NCBI GenBank assembly: GCA_020630065.1 | Contig: JAHDCC010000001.1 | Coordinates: 38,706-102,705 of the forward strand | From: Acidimicrobiales bacterium | GTDB lineage: Bacteria; Actinomycetota; Acidimicrobiia; Acidimicrobiales; SZUA-35 | Length of the DNA stretch: 64,000 bases | Direction: 5' to 3' | Shown here: piece by piece, positions 19,340 through 29,892 of the stretch | How positions within the stretch are numbered: position 1 is the stretch's first letter | Layout: each line of letters begins with the position of its first letter | Made by a program: the position numbers and the translations under genes | Notes under the pieces: model-generated | The model's database searches: none | What the model was told of the DNA's origin: nothing | The model's input: the letters and a program-made list of their open reading frames with translations, nothing else

Positions 19340-20644
19340 ATGTCGTTCGTAGTCGGTCTCGTTATCGTCATTCTGCTTGTAGCGGCTAATGGCTTCTTCG
19401 TGGCGGTTGAGTTTTCGCTCGTAGCTTCAGATCGTTCGAAGTTGGCGAGCCTCGCTAAAGAAGGCAAGTGGCCGGCAAAGGCGGCCCTTGCCGCCATGAA
19501 ACAACTTTCGTTTCACCTTTCCGGTGCCCAGCTGGGCATAACTGTCACTAGTCTCGTGCTCGGCTATTTGACAGAGCCGGTAGTGTCGAAGCTAGTCGAT
19601 CCACTGATCGAAACCGCAGGTGGGTCGAGTGGTTCGGGAGTATCGATCGCCACCGCGTTAGTAGTGGCGACGGTCTTTCAAATGCTTGCTGGCGAACTAA
19701 TCCCCAAAAACTTGGCGATCTCTCGACCAGAGACCACCGCTCAGCTCCTGTCTCCGGCCGCCCGTATTGTCCACGGCATCCTCCGCCCGCTGATCGTGGC
19801 GTTCAACGGCACCGCCAATTGGACGTTACGGTTATTCGGTCTTGAACCTCAAGAAGAACTCGAATCGACCCATTCGATGGACGATCTCGAATACTTGGTT
19901 CGTTCCTCAGCTGAAGGGTTAACCCCAGACGCGATGGCTGTTCTCACGCGAACGTTTCGCTTCGGTGAGAAGACGGCAGCCGATGTTCTAACTCCACGAG
20001 TTCATGTTCGTTCTGTGTCGTTTGCGTCGTCGGTAGGGGAGCTCATCGACGAAATGCGACAGAGCCGCCACTCTAGATACCTGGTTGTTGGCGCCGATCT
20101 AGACGACGTCAAAGGGATGGTGTCGGTCCAGGCTGTCTTCGATCTACCCATCGAGCAGCGCTACCAAACGATGGTAAGCGAGATTGTTCAGCAACCTCTT
20201 ATTCTGCCTGAAACCAAGTCGCTATTTGACGTGTTGGACGATTTCCAACTCGACGCCGCTCAGCTAGCGGTCGTCATCGACGAACACGGCGGAACCGCAG
20301 GAATTCTGACGTTGGAAGATGTCTTAGAAGAAATTGTTGGCGAAGTCGACGACGAGTTTGCTAAAACCCCGGACATTCTTATCGGCGCAGACGCCGGTGT
20401 ATTTGTTATGGCGGGAACGTCAAGGCCAGATGAGGTGGCTGAAACCGTTGGACTAAATATTCCCGACGGAGAGTACGAGACGATAGCCGGGTTTGTGCTC
20501 GACCAGTTAGGTCGAGTTCCGGCTGAAGGTGACCATTTCGAATTTGATGGTTGGATGATTGAAGTCGCAGCGATGGACAAGCTGCGAATAGCATCGTTGC
20601 AGTTTGTGGCGCCCGGATATGTTGCATCCGAGAGGCTTTCATGA
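19340..20644 (+). CDS. CNNM/TlyC (hemolysin-family) CBS-domain transporter with CorC C-terminus
   Basis: NGFFVAVEFS, AQLGIT, GELIPK, DEHGGTAG and YETIAG motifs. Confidence 0.92.
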   Translation: MSFVVGLVIVILLVAANGFFVAVEFSLVASDRSKLASLAKEGKWPAKAALAAMKQLSFHLSGAQLGITVTSLVLGYLTEPVVSKLVDPLIETAGGSSGSGVSIATALVVATVFQMLAGELIPKNLAISRPETTAQLLSPAARIVHGILRPLIVAFNGTANWTLRLFGLEPQEELESTHSMDDLEYLVRSSAEGLTPDAMAVLTRTFRFGEKTAADVLTPRVHVRSVSFASSVGELIDEMRQSRHSRYLVVGADLDDVKGMVSVQAVFDLPIEQRYQTMVSEIVQQPLILPETKSLFDVLDDFQLDAAQLAVVIDEHGGTAGILTLEDVLEEIVGEVDDEFAKTPDILIGADAGVFVMAGTSRPDEVAETVGLNIPDGEYETIAGFVLDQLGRVPAEGDHFEFDGWMIEVAAMDKLRIASLQFVAPGYVASERLS

Positions 20645-21744
20645 CTGCAGTAACTGTTCCGCTACTGTCTTCTGAAGCGCACGTCACCGGATGGGCTTTG
20701 GCTGGCTTTTTGATCGCAGCGACGGTGCTGATTTTTCTCAACGGTGCGTTCGTCGCCTACGAGTTTGCTGTTCTGGCAGCGAAACGACAGGAACTTGAAG
20801 CAGGCAAAAAAGGTCGAGTTCGAGAAGCCGCCCTTGGCAGCTTGTCCGACTTATCAATGCAGCTTGCGGGCGCACAGCTAGGTATCACGATCGTATCCCT
20901 CGGACTGGGTTACGTTGCTGAACCTGCGTTCGAGTCCATAATCGGCCCCTTAGCTGAACGGTTCTTCAGCGAAGAAGTAACGTCGATTGTCAGTCTTGTC
21001 AGTGCACTATCGATTGTCATATTTCTCCATCTCGTGTTCGGGGAAATGGTGCCGAAAAATTTGGCGTTGGTCGCCCCGAACGCAACTTTACGATGGTTGG
21101 TTTTGCCATATCGGGCCTATCTATGGTTATTCCGGCCATTGGCCACGCTTCTGAATTCGATCGCTAACTTGGGTTGCCGGGCGGTAGGAGTTGAACCTCG
21201 GGACGAGATTGTGGCTGTCCGTTCCGTGACCGAACTTTTGGACATCGTCTCGACCTCGTCGGAAGAGGGCACCATCGAGTCCGATAGTGCCGAACTATTA
21301 CATGGTGCGTTGAATTTTTCTCAGCGAATGATCGGCGAAATCGCGGTACCTATTTCGGAGCTAACCTCGGTAAGGTTCGGGGCGACTCCAGCGATGCTCG
21401 AGCGAGTTGTCGCCTCCAGCGGTCAGATCCGAATACCTGTTCTTGGTCCGACTAAACAGCACCAGCTGGTGGGCTATTTTAATGCCAGAGATCTTCTGCA
21501 TATCGATCGATCTGATCGGATCGCCCCAATGCCTAAACGGTTTCTGCGGCCGGTGATTGCGGTACCTCACGATCGGTCGTTGATAGAGGTTCTTCGGACG
21601 TTACGAAGCCGGCGTAGACCGTTTGCCGTCGTGATCAAAGACAGATCGCAGCTGGTCGGCATGGTCTCGGTTGAGGAAGTGGTCGAAGCGCTCCTGCCGG
21701 ATTCAGACCTGGCCCACACGAGTGGCCAAGAAGTAGAGATTTAG
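20641..21744 (+). CDS. second CNNM/TlyC-family CBS-domain protein
   Basis: NGAFVAYEFA, AQLGIT and GEMVPKN motifs; ATGA-coupled to its paralog. Confidence 0.9.
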   Translation: MTAVTVPLLSSEAHVTGWALAGFLIAATVLIFLNGAFVAYEFAVLAAKRQELEAGKKGRVREAALGSLSDLSMQLAGAQLGITIVSLGLGYVAEPAFESIIGPLAERFFSEEVTSIVSLVSALSIVIFLHLVFGEMVPKNLALVAPNATLRWLVLPYRAYLWLFRPLATLLNSIANLGCRAVGVEPRDEIVAVRSVTELLDIVSTSSEEGTIESDSAELLHGALNFSQRMIGEIAVPISELTSVRFGATPAMLERVVASSGQIRIPVLGPTKQHQLVGYFNARDLLHIDRSDRIAPMPKRFLRPVIAVPHDRSLIEVLRTLRSRRRPFAVVIKDRSQLVGMVSVEEVVEALLPDSDLAHTSGQEVEI

Positions 21745-21796
21745 TTTCAACGGCGTAGACACACTGGCAACAGAATGAAGATGAGGTCCCAATCGC

Positions 21797-22981
21797 GTGT
21801 CAGCCCCTAACTACAGTCAGACCGACCGTCGAGCTTTACAAGCCGTGGCAACCCAGTTCTTTGTTAATGGCGCCGTTTTCGCTTCGTTCCTGCCCCGGTT
21901 GCCGGAGGTGCGTGACCGTATCGGAGTCAGTCTCGATTCGCTTGGTCTTATGATCACCGCGGCGTTGGCGTTTGGGCTGTTGGGAAGTGTGCTCGCAAGT
22001 CGACTAATTGGCTGGTTGGGCACTCGATGGGTAATCATCTACGGCGCCGTTGTTTTGACCGCAGCTGTCCCCCTGATCGGGGTTGCGTCCGGCCCGCTGC
22101 TATTTGTTGCCGCATATGCAGTTGTCACTATCGCTGATGTCTTGGTCGACGTTTCGATGAACCTGCAGGCCTCTTGGTTGAGTGAGCGTCGGCATGTCCC
22201 GGTTATTAACCGTCTGCACGGCCTGTGGAGCCTGGGAACCGTAATCGGGGGAGTGCTGGCCGTTCAGGCTGCGCGATGGGGAATTTCGCTACAGACACAT
22301 CTACTTGTTGTCTCCGGAGTCTTGATCTTGGCGGTTCTATTCGTCGGTTCTGGCGTCCTCAAGGTGGACGAAACCACGTCGTCAAAGAAAGAACCTAAAC
22401 CAGAACAGGCCAACAGTAAACCTGTGTTGGCTACCAGAACCGGTCTACTACTTCTCGGCGTCGCTGGTGCTTTCTCAGTCACAGCCGAAGGCGTTTCACA
22501 TGATTGGGCTGCATTTCGATTAGCCGATGACCTTGGTGTGTCTAGCGGATCGGCTGGTCTGGGCTTTGTTGCGTTTACTGTAGGTATGACTGTTGGAAGG
22601 TTCTACGGCGATTGGGCAACGACCAAATTGGGAAGCGAACGGCTGCTGTCGATCGCCATTGGTTTGTCTTTGGTCGCCCTGGTTGGTGCAGGGCTTTCTC
22701 CAATCCGTTGGGTCGTACTGTTGTCATATCTCGCAGCCGGCGTAGGGATAAGCACCTTCTTCCCACGTCTTTACGACGAGGCAGCACGGTTTAAGGCCAA
22801 ACCTGGTGTTGGACTCGCTTGGCTAACGGGCGGGACTCGAGTCGCGTCGCTGTCGGTCCCGTCGATAGTAGGGTTTCTGGCTGCCTCCCGGCTGTCAGTC
22901 GGCGTCTCCACAGTACTAGTGACGCTGCCCTGTGTCTTGGGGCTGTATTCGGTATCCAAACGTCTTAGCCCTCGCCGTTAG
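21797..22981 (+). CDS. MFS transporter
   Basis: About 12 TM helices; DVSMN, LHGLWSLG and GRFYGD motifs. Confidence 0.88.
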   Translation: MSAPNYSQTDRRALQAVATQFFVNGAVFASFLPRLPEVRDRIGVSLDSLGLMITAALAFGLLGSVLASRLIGWLGTRWVIIYGAVVLTAAVPLIGVASGPLLFVAAYAVVTIADVLVDVSMNLQASWLSERRHVPVINRLHGLWSLGTVIGGVLAVQAARWGISLQTHLLVVSGVLILAVLFVGSGVLKVDETTSSKKEPKPEQANSKPVLATRTGLLLLGVAGAFSVTAEGVSHDWAAFRLADDLGVSSGSAGLGFVAFTVGMTVGRFYGDWATTKLGSERLLSIAIGLSLVALVGAGLSPIRWVVLLSYLAAGVGISTFFPRLYDEAARFKAKPGVGLAWLTGGTRVASLSVPSIVGFLAASRLSVGVSTVLVTLPCVLGLYSVSKRLSPRR

Positions 22982-23113
22982 CGGGTCAGTACGCCCAGTC
23001 TTGTCGTCGACGAGACAGCGAAACTGAAACGACGCAAGCGGCTACAACACGCGTTTGGAGGATAGTTGGAACTACCTGGCACTTGTTTGGTTCGGTGTCC
23101 GTTTGAATACGGT

Positions 23114-23881
23114 CTACGCACCGATCGAGTGGTAGCCGCCGTCTACGTGAATAATCGAACCAGTCGTTTGAGGGAACCAATCTGAAAGCAACGCGACACA
23201 AGCTTTTGAAACACCTTCAGTGTTCGTTACATCCCATCCGAGAGGAGCGCTTTCTTGCCATTTCTCTTCAAATTTGGTGAAACCGGGGATCGATTTGGCT
23301 GCCATGGTCTTTACTGGTCCAGCAGCGACAAGATTACTTCGAATATCTTGTGGCCCGAGTTCTCTCGCTAGATATCGGTTTAACGATTCTAACGCAGCCT
23401 TGGCGACTCCCATCCAGTTGTAGGCAGGCCAAGAAACTGTCGCGTCGAAGGTAAGTCCAACGATTGAACCACCTGAGGTCATCAACGGCGATACGAGGTC
23501 AGATAGCGATCGGAGCGAGTAGGCCGAAACCTCTAATGCAGTGGCGACATCGGACCATTCTGGAGCGAAGAAGTCGTCTCCGAGGCAGTCTGCAGGCGCA
23601 AATCCAATCGCGTGGAGGGCTCCGTCGATCGATCCCCACTTCTCGGTTATAGCTGCAGATACGGCTGCAGCCTGCTCAGAGTTCGTGACGTCTAATTCGA
23701 GTACTTCCGGTACAGGGTCCAATTTCTTGGCGGTGCGTTGGGTGAGGCGCAGGCCGCGCCCAAACCCGGTTAAAAGGACTTCGGCCCCTTCAGCTTGAGC
23801 CAACTGGGCGACCCCGAAAGCTAGAGAGGCGTCGGTTAGAACACCGGTGATTAGAATTTTTTTTCCGTTGAGTATTCCCAC
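23114..23881 (-). CDS. fabI: enoyl-ACP reductase (InhA/FabI)
   Basis: ITGVLTDASLAF, YNWMGVAKAALES and HVDGG motifs. Confidence 0.95.
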   Translation of the reverse strand: MGILNGKKILITGVLTDASLAFGVAQLAQAEGAEVLLTGFGRGLRLTQRTAKKLDPVPEVLELDVTNSEQAAAVSAAITEKWGSIDGALHAIGFAPADCLGDDFFAPEWSDVATALEVSAYSLRSLSDLVSPLMTSGGSIVGLTFDATVSWPAYNWMGVAKAALESLNRYLARELGPQDIRSNLVAAGPVKTMAAKSIPGFTKFEEKWQESAPLGWDVTNTEGVSKACVALLSDWFPQTTGSIIHVDGGYHSIGA

Positions 23882-24009
23882 ATCCCTATGACTATCAGCA
23901 GATCTAAATAGTTACGACCTTTTGTCGCCTAATCTTGTCTGGCGAGGGTGGTGCCTGGATCTCGTTCGATTGTGTCAGCGTAGGTAATATCTCGTAGGAT
24001 CATCTTGGC

Positions 24010-25161
24010 ATGGCCATGAATCTGTTTGATACCGCACAGCAAAAAGTCGTCCCGTTCGAACCAGGACCGATCGTAACGATGTACACATGCGGCATAACGC
24101 CCTACGACGCTACCCACGTTGGTCACGCCGCCACGTACCTCACCTACGATGTGCTTCAACGAAGACTTCGTGACCTTGGCCACGAAACTAGGTGTGTGCG
24201 AAACGTGACAGACGTCGATGACGACCTGTTACGAAAGGCCAAAGAGCTCGATATCCATTATTTGGACCTGGCGGCGGCTGAAACGGCAAGGTTCGATGAT
24301 GACATGGTGGCTCTCGGAGTCCTACCAAGCTGGAGCGAACCTAGAGCTACGTCGGCGATTTCTAACATACGTTCATTCATCCATCGGGTTCTGGAAACCG
24401 GGCACGCCTATGCCATCAACGGGGCTGTTTATTTCGATGTGGCGTCTTGGCCTCGGTTTGGGGAACTGTCCGGTCTGGACCGCGACACGATGCTTACTCT
24501 GGCCGCCGAGCGGGGCGGAAACCCCGATGACCCGAACAAGAAAGATCCGCTAGATTTTGTGCTCTGGCAGCCTTCGGCCGAAGGCGAACCAGCTTGGGAA
24601 ACCGTTTGGGGGCCTGGCCGTCCGGGTTGGCACATAGAGTGCTCGACGTTGGCTTTGCGTGAACTCGGGGAAACGATCGACCTTCACGGCGGGGGTAGCG
24701 ACCTTATTTTCCCTCATCATGAATGTGAGGCAGCGCAAACAGAAGCCGTGACCGGTAAGCGCTTTGTGCGGCATTGGATGCATCAGGCGATGGTTCGTAT
24801 GGATGGCGAGAAGATGTCAAAGTCGCTTGGCAATCTAGCGTTTGTGAGCGACTTGCGTAAAGAGTACGACCCAAGAGCGATACGTCTCGCGATTCTTCAC
24901 AATCACTATCGAACCGAGTGGGAATGGGAAACAGGCTTGACGATGGAACGAGCATCTGAGCGTTTAGTCCGGTGGCAATCATCGGTCGAATCGTTGGCTG
25001 CTGGAGTAGTTGGCGACGAAGCTGAACGTACCCTGTCGGATGTTCGAGAAGCCTTAGATACAGATTTGGATACGCCCTCGGCGGTCCAATTGATTGATGG
25101 CGCCGTCGATCAAGGCTTCGATATCCGCATGGCTGCCTCGTTGCTTGGTGTCGAGCTGTAG
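24010..25161 (+). CDS. mshC: mycothiol ligase MshC (CysRS paralog lacking the anticodon domain)
   Basis: CGITPYDATHVGH, GRPGWHIEC, DLIFPHHE and KMSKS motifs; only 383 aa. Confidence 0.8.
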   Translation: MAMNLFDTAQQKVVPFEPGPIVTMYTCGITPYDATHVGHAATYLTYDVLQRRLRDLGHETRCVRNVTDVDDDLLRKAKELDIHYLDLAAAETARFDDDMVALGVLPSWSEPRATSAISNIRSFIHRVLETGHAYAINGAVYFDVASWPRFGELSGLDRDTMLTLAAERGGNPDDPNKKDPLDFVLWQPSAEGEPAWETVWGPGRPGWHIECSTLALRELGETIDLHGGGSDLIFPHHECEAAQTEAVTGKRFVRHWMHQAMVRMDGEKMSKSLGNLAFVSDLRKEYDPRAIRLAILHNHYRTEWEWETGLTMERASERLVRWQSSVESLAAGVVGDEAERTLSDVREALDTDLDTPSAVQLIDGAVDQGFDIRMAASLLGVEL

Positions 25162-25259
25162 CTAAAAATCTTGTCCACTGTCGAGCAGCATAATTGACGG
25201 GCTTAGGTCATCTTGTAAATGAGACACAAGCCAAGTGGAGACGCTCTAGACTTCGTTTC

Positions 25260-27221
25260 GTGGCAAATATTGAAGTTAAGCTCCCAGATCTTTCGACCCG
25301 TAGCCTTCCCGAGGGTTCGACAGTAGCCGACCTGGCAGCCGATATTGGGAAACGGCTGGCTAAGGACGCCTTGATCGGTGTTGTCGACGGGGTAGAGGTC
25401 GACACATATGCGACTATCGAGGACGGCCAGACCGTCGAGATCGTCACGGCTGATTCCGAACGAGGTCTCCACACGATCCGACATTCAACCGCTCACGTGC
25501 TGGCACAGGCGGTGCTTGAAATGTGGCCGGGAGCGACCTTCGCTATCGGCCCTCCAATAGAAAACGGATTTTACTACGACTTCGCGCTTCCCGACGGCGC
25601 AACGTTTACCGACGACGACCTTGAACGCATCGAAAAGAAGATGACGGAGATCGTTCGTTCGAACCAACCGTTTATTCGGACCGAAGCCAGCGTCGAAGAA
25701 GCGCTTGAACTGATGAAAGATCATCAATTCAAACGGGACATCATCGAGCGGGTAAGCGGCGGCGATACGGGCGGAGATTTGGTGGGCGAAGCTGATGGAG
25801 ATGTCATCAGCTTCTATCGAAATACCGATTCGTTCGTCGATATGTGTATGGGGCCTCACGTTCCCGCTACTGGCAAGTTGCAACACTTCAAACTTATGAA
25901 GGTCGCGGGCGCATACTGGCGAGGTGACGAAAAAAACGACATGCTGCAACGCATCTACGGAACGGCGTGGGCTTCCAAGAAACAGCTAAAAGAGCACCTT
26001 CACCGGTTAGAGGAAGCGGCTAAACGAGATCATCGCAAGTTGGCCAACGAACTGGATCTCCTTTCTTTTCCCTCCGAGCTTGGTGGTGGCCTAGCTGTTT
26101 GGCACCCCAAAGGGGCAATCATCAGGCGCCTAATGGAGGACTACGCCCGAGACCGGCACGAGACCGGAGGCTACGAGTTCACCTACACCCCTCATCTGGC
26201 GAACGCCGAACTGTTCAAAACCTCAGGTCACCTCGATTTTTATGCCGACGGCATGTATCCGCCGATGGAAATGGACAACGGCACGTACTATCCGAAGCCA
26301 ATGAATTGTCCGATGCACGTTCTGGTTTATCGGTCCCAGCAACGCTCTTACCGAGACTTGCCGATCAGGCTTTTTGAACTGGGCACGGTGTATCGATACG
26401 AGCGGGCTGGCACGCTGCACGGCTTGATGCGTATCCGTGGGTTCACCCAAGACGATTCTCATATCTTCACCACTCAGGAAGACATGGCGGAAGAAATCGC
26501 TAGTTTGATCGACTTTGTCTTGGATGTCCTACGGGCCTTTGGATTCGTAGACTTTCAAGCCAAACTTTCTACGAGGCCAGAAGATAAATGGGTTGGCACC
26601 GAAGAGCTTTGGTCGACGGCAACCGATTGTCTGCGGGCCGGATTGGAACAGGCTTCTCTTTCTTTTGAGGTCGATGAAGGCGGCGGCGCATTCTATGGGC
26701 CAAAGATTGACATCGATGTACGTGACGCTATTGGTCGATCATGGCAGCTTTCTACTATCCAGTTGGATTTCAATCTGCCTGAACGGTTCGAACTCGAGTA
26801 CATCGCTTCGGACGGTCAGCGGCGCCGTCCCGTAATGATCCATCGTGCGCTCTTCGGTTCGGTCGAACGCTTCTTTGGGGTGTTGACCGAACACTTCGCC
26901 GGAAACTTCCCGGCCTGGTTGGCGCCAGTTCAGGTCGCCGTACTGCCAGTGGCGGCTGCTCATGACGCCTATGCCGAACAGCTTGTGTCTGACTTTGAAC
27001 AGCGGGGTTTCCGAGTCGATCTGGTTGCCGCAGATGATCCGCTTGGGAAACGAATCCGAAACAACAAGAAGCAGAAAATCCCGTACGTTCTGGTCGTAGG
27101 TGACGATGACGTCAAAAATTCCACCGTCGGGGTCAACCCGAGAGGCGGCGATGTCGAACGTGACGTGTCAGTCGAATCGTTTATCACGCGACTCTCCGAA
27201 GATATCGAGAGCCAACAGTAG
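25260..27221 (+). CDS. thrS: threonine--tRNA ligase
   Basis: TGS domain; HSTAH, GAYWRG, RDHRK, KPMNCP, AFYGPKID and IHRA motifs; GTG 25260 preferred. Confidence 0.97.
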   Translation: MANIEVKLPDLSTRSLPEGSTVADLAADIGKRLAKDALIGVVDGVEVDTYATIEDGQTVEIVTADSERGLHTIRHSTAHVLAQAVLEMWPGATFAIGPPIENGFYYDFALPDGATFTDDDLERIEKKMTEIVRSNQPFIRTEASVEEALELMKDHQFKRDIIERVSGGDTGGDLVGEADGDVISFYRNTDSFVDMCMGPHVPATGKLQHFKLMKVAGAYWRGDEKNDMLQRIYGTAWASKKQLKEHLHRLEEAAKRDHRKLANELDLLSFPSELGGGLAVWHPKGAIIRRLMEDYARDRHETGGYEFTYTPHLANAELFKTSGHLDFYADGMYPPMEMDNGTYYPKPMNCPMHVLVYRSQQRSYRDLPIRLFELGTVYRYERAGTLHGLMRIRGFTQDDSHIFTTQEDMAEEIASLIDFVLDVLRAFGFVDFQAKLSTRPEDKWVGTEELWSTATDCLRAGLEQASLSFEVDEGGGAFYGPKIDIDVRDAIGRSWQLSTIQLDFNLPERFELEYIASDGQRRRPVMIHRALFGSVERFFGVLTEHFAGNFPAWLAPVQVAVLPVAAAHDAYAEQLVSDFEQRGFRVDLVAADDPLGKRIRNNKKQKIPYVLVVGDDDVKNSTVGVNPRGGDVERDVSVESFITRLSEDIESQQ

Positions 27222-27748
27222 TGGAGTGGCTATGGTCAGGTTGGCGACTCGGTCAACCTGATGGTCTCGGAAGCGACGGCCTACCTCACGCCAACCTTAA
27301 ACCACAACCTGGACTTTCGCTTTTCGAAACGATCGAGCGGTCGGGTCTGCCCGATGAACAGACCTACATTCTTAAGCGTTGGGACAACACCTTCGCCATT
27401 CTCAACGTCTACCCGTACAACCCCGGCCATGTTATGGTGCTTCCACTTGACGCCGTGCCATCGATCACTGACTTGTCAGACTTGGTGTTTCATGAGCTGT
27501 GGGCTTCTGTCCGGCAAATGACCGAGATAGTGAAAAACGTGTATCTTCCAGCAGGACTCAACGTCGGAGTTAACGAAGGTTTGGCTGGAGGCGGATCCCA
27601 GCGGGACCACCTTCATGTTCATGTGGTACCTCGATGGTCGAGTGACACAAACTTTATGTCTACGGTTTCTGATGCCAGAATTTTGCCGGAAACACTTCGA
27701 TCATCGTGGGAACGGCTTCGGGCTGCGTGTCCAAACGAGGTAGACTAG
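27221..27748 (+). CDS. HIT-family hydrolase (Ap4A phosphorylase-like)
   Basis: NVYPYNPGHVM and HLHVHVVPRW..DTNFM motifs; canonical position after thrS. Confidence 0.92.
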   Translation: MEWLWSGWRLGQPDGLGSDGLPHANLKPQPGLSLFETIERSGLPDEQTYILKRWDNTFAILNVYPYNPGHVMVLPLDAVPSITDLSDLVFHELWASVRQMTEIVKNVYLPAGLNVGVNEGLAGGGSQRDHLHVHVVPRWSSDTNFMSTVSDARILPETLRSSWERLRAACPNEVD

Positions 27749-27755
27749 TTAGCGC

Positions 27756-28292
27756 ATGACTAACGAACTGACCTCAGACGATACAGAAGTTGAAGAGCGA
27801 CCGATTGTGGACGAGCTGCCCGAAGATCTTCAACCCGGCTTGGTTGACCCTGAGGACTACGTGTTCCCGAACAACAACCGACGCCGTATCCCGGCGTACC
27901 TATATTTTGGAATCGCAGCTGCGCTTGTGGTTGTCTATTTTGTTGGCGAGTCGAATATCTTGGTAAATAGTGGTTTGTTATTCGCCGCCGCCTTACTCGC
28001 AGTTGTCGGAGCCTATAGTTTCATTGCCGGTTGGGATCTCAAAGTCGATGAACGCGACGCGTTGGTCGCTTCGATCGACCAGGTTGGTTTTCCGGTCGGT
28101 CACGCCTCGGCGCAGATGGGTTGGCGCGGCTTGTTAAGCCGGCCCACGTGGCGCATTTTGGTTTACTCTGCGGACGAGCCGCCCAGTAAACGTGGACTTG
28201 TGATGGTTGATGGGGTCAATGGCGAAGTGATCGAACATTTCGTCGAAGAGAATCCCGAAGACTGGTCCGACGTTAGCGCCGACGACGTCTAG
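27756..28292 (+). CDS. hypothetical membrane protein (2 TM, PepSY-like C-terminus)
   Basis: 178 aa; two hydrophobic helices; W..LVY...VDGVNGEV pattern. Confidence 0.7.
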   Translation: MTNELTSDDTEVEERPIVDELPEDLQPGLVDPEDYVFPNNNRRRIPAYLYFGIAAALVVVYFVGESNILVNSGLLFAAALLAVVGAYSFIAGWDLKVDERDALVASIDQVGFPVGHASAQMGWRGLLSRPTWRILVYSADEPPSKRGLVMVDGVNGEVIEHFVEENPEDWSDVSADDV

Positions 28293-28515
28293 TCAGTCAC
28301 GGCTCGAAGGCCGACAAAATCTTTATTTGACAGGGTTTGAGCTAGCGTATCTACTGTGGTAGAGGCACAAGGTTGTCTAATTTACGAGAAACGACCACAT
28401 GTATTAATCTGAATTGAGGGAAAGCATCTCAATGAGGCTAAATTTTACGTGAGAGTTTTGTGTAGCTACATCTACATCCCCGGACCTTACTTTATGACCA
28501 GGCAGGTTAAGAATT

Positions 28516-29748
28516 GTGATTGAACCAACCGATCTCATCGGAGTGGAGCTCGGACGTTACTCCGTGTGTGCGTCTATTCTTGACAGTACTGGGACACAAC
28601 TGTTGGGATATGCAGATAATTCGATTCTTTCTGCCGAAGATACCTACGGCGGCGATTCCCGATTTCCTAATCCTGGTCCAGCGCTCGCAGCCCTTTGGAG
28701 CAAACTAAAGCTCGACGGAATGAGCAACTTGCGAGTTGCCGTAACCCTAGGCGTCGGTCACGCCGGTATCGGTAGCGGCCCGGCCATCGAACAATGGGTC
28801 GACTCTCTGGCCGTCAAAATCAGCGACCCTATTACTAAGGCCGGTGATCCTAACACCGGTGTGTCATATATCCCGACTCGTCATCTCGGCACCGTAATGG
28901 GCACCTTCCAATCATTGGGAGTCGTTCCAGAACGTATCGAACTACCTCCTGTCGCCGTCGTGCGAGTCATTCCAGCCGTGGAAGACTATTCGGTTTCGGT
29001 GTCTTCGGGAATTGGTTGGAAAGCCCGCATTCACCAAGGGCAAGTACTTGAGGCAGTTGCCTATCCTGATGGGCTTGGCAAGGACGGCGTCCACATCGAG
29101 ATGGGCGGCCAGCCAGAAGTCGAACTACCACAGCTTGAAGGTGTGCAGGTCCCGAGTTCACTTCTTGCCGACGATCGGATCTCAATGGCGACTCTGGCTG
29201 TTTCAGTCGGAGCAGCCAAGGGGCTCCTGACCTCGGGTGGGGGAAACTTCACCACCGCTATTGGAGCCGCAACCGTTGGAGCTGCGCCGCTGGCCGAAGC
29301 TTCAACCCGAGTGGCTCCTCCGGTGACTGCCCCAGTTCCCGCACAAGGCCCCGCTCAATTCCTTTCTCCACGTACTGCTGGCAACGATCAGAACGGCGCT
29401 AGTCCGACAGTCCTGCCAGGTCAGGCCGCTCCGAGTTTCGCTGATCCGGAGCCGATAGTCGCAGAGCAGGGGGCGAGTAGCTTCTCAGCTTGGTCTGATC
29501 AAGAAACCGCAATAGAGTCACAACGCAAGTCGGTGAGTGCTCAAGTTGCGTCACGGCCGTCGGCAACCGGCGTTAACAACGAACGGTTAAGTGAAGGCGC
29601 CACCGGTGCCCTCGACTATTCGGCAGATGAATATACCGAAGACCGTGCGGCATTGTACGAGGATCAAGTGTCTCCGGCACTCAAGGCGCTTGTTGGCTTC
29701 TTAGCTGTTCTCGGTGTCCTACTCCTGCTTGTTCTAGTACTCACATAG
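28516..29748 (+). CDS. hypothetical protein with PilM/actin-like N-terminal region and C-terminal membrane anchor
   Basis: 410 aa ORF; IGVELG start; Pro/Ala-rich linker; terminal TM helix. Confidence 0.55.
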   Translation: MIEPTDLIGVELGRYSVCASILDSTGTQLLGYADNSILSAEDTYGGDSRFPNPGPALAALWSKLKLDGMSNLRVAVTLGVGHAGIGSGPAIEQWVDSLAVKISDPITKAGDPNTGVSYIPTRHLGTVMGTFQSLGVVPERIELPPVAVVRVIPAVEDYSVSVSSGIGWKARIHQGQVLEAVAYPDGLGKDGVHIEMGGQPEVELPQLEGVQVPSSLLADDRISMATLAVSVGAAKGLLTSGGGNFTTAIGAATVGAAPLAEASTRVAPPVTAPVPAQGPAQFLSPRTAGNDQNGASPTVLPGQAAPSFADPEPIVAEQGASSFSAWSDQETAIESQRKSVSAQVASRPSATGVNNERLSEGATGALDYSADEYTEDRAALYEDQVSPALKALVGFLAVLGVLLLLVLVLT

Positions 29749-29892
29749 CAACAAAGAATTCCAAGCAGTTATACGCCGTTTAGTCTTTTTAGACGAAGTT
29801 ATTGTCAGGTTGATTTCCTGAGAGATGTACGGCGGACGCTGTATTGATACTAGAGTGGCGTGTAGGTTTGTAGTTACGAAGGACGTGTTTCT

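Noticed and set aside
28293-28515. AT-rich intergenic region as a riboswitch or sRNA
   Set aside because: It has only short hairpins, and no known aptamer consensus was recognised.
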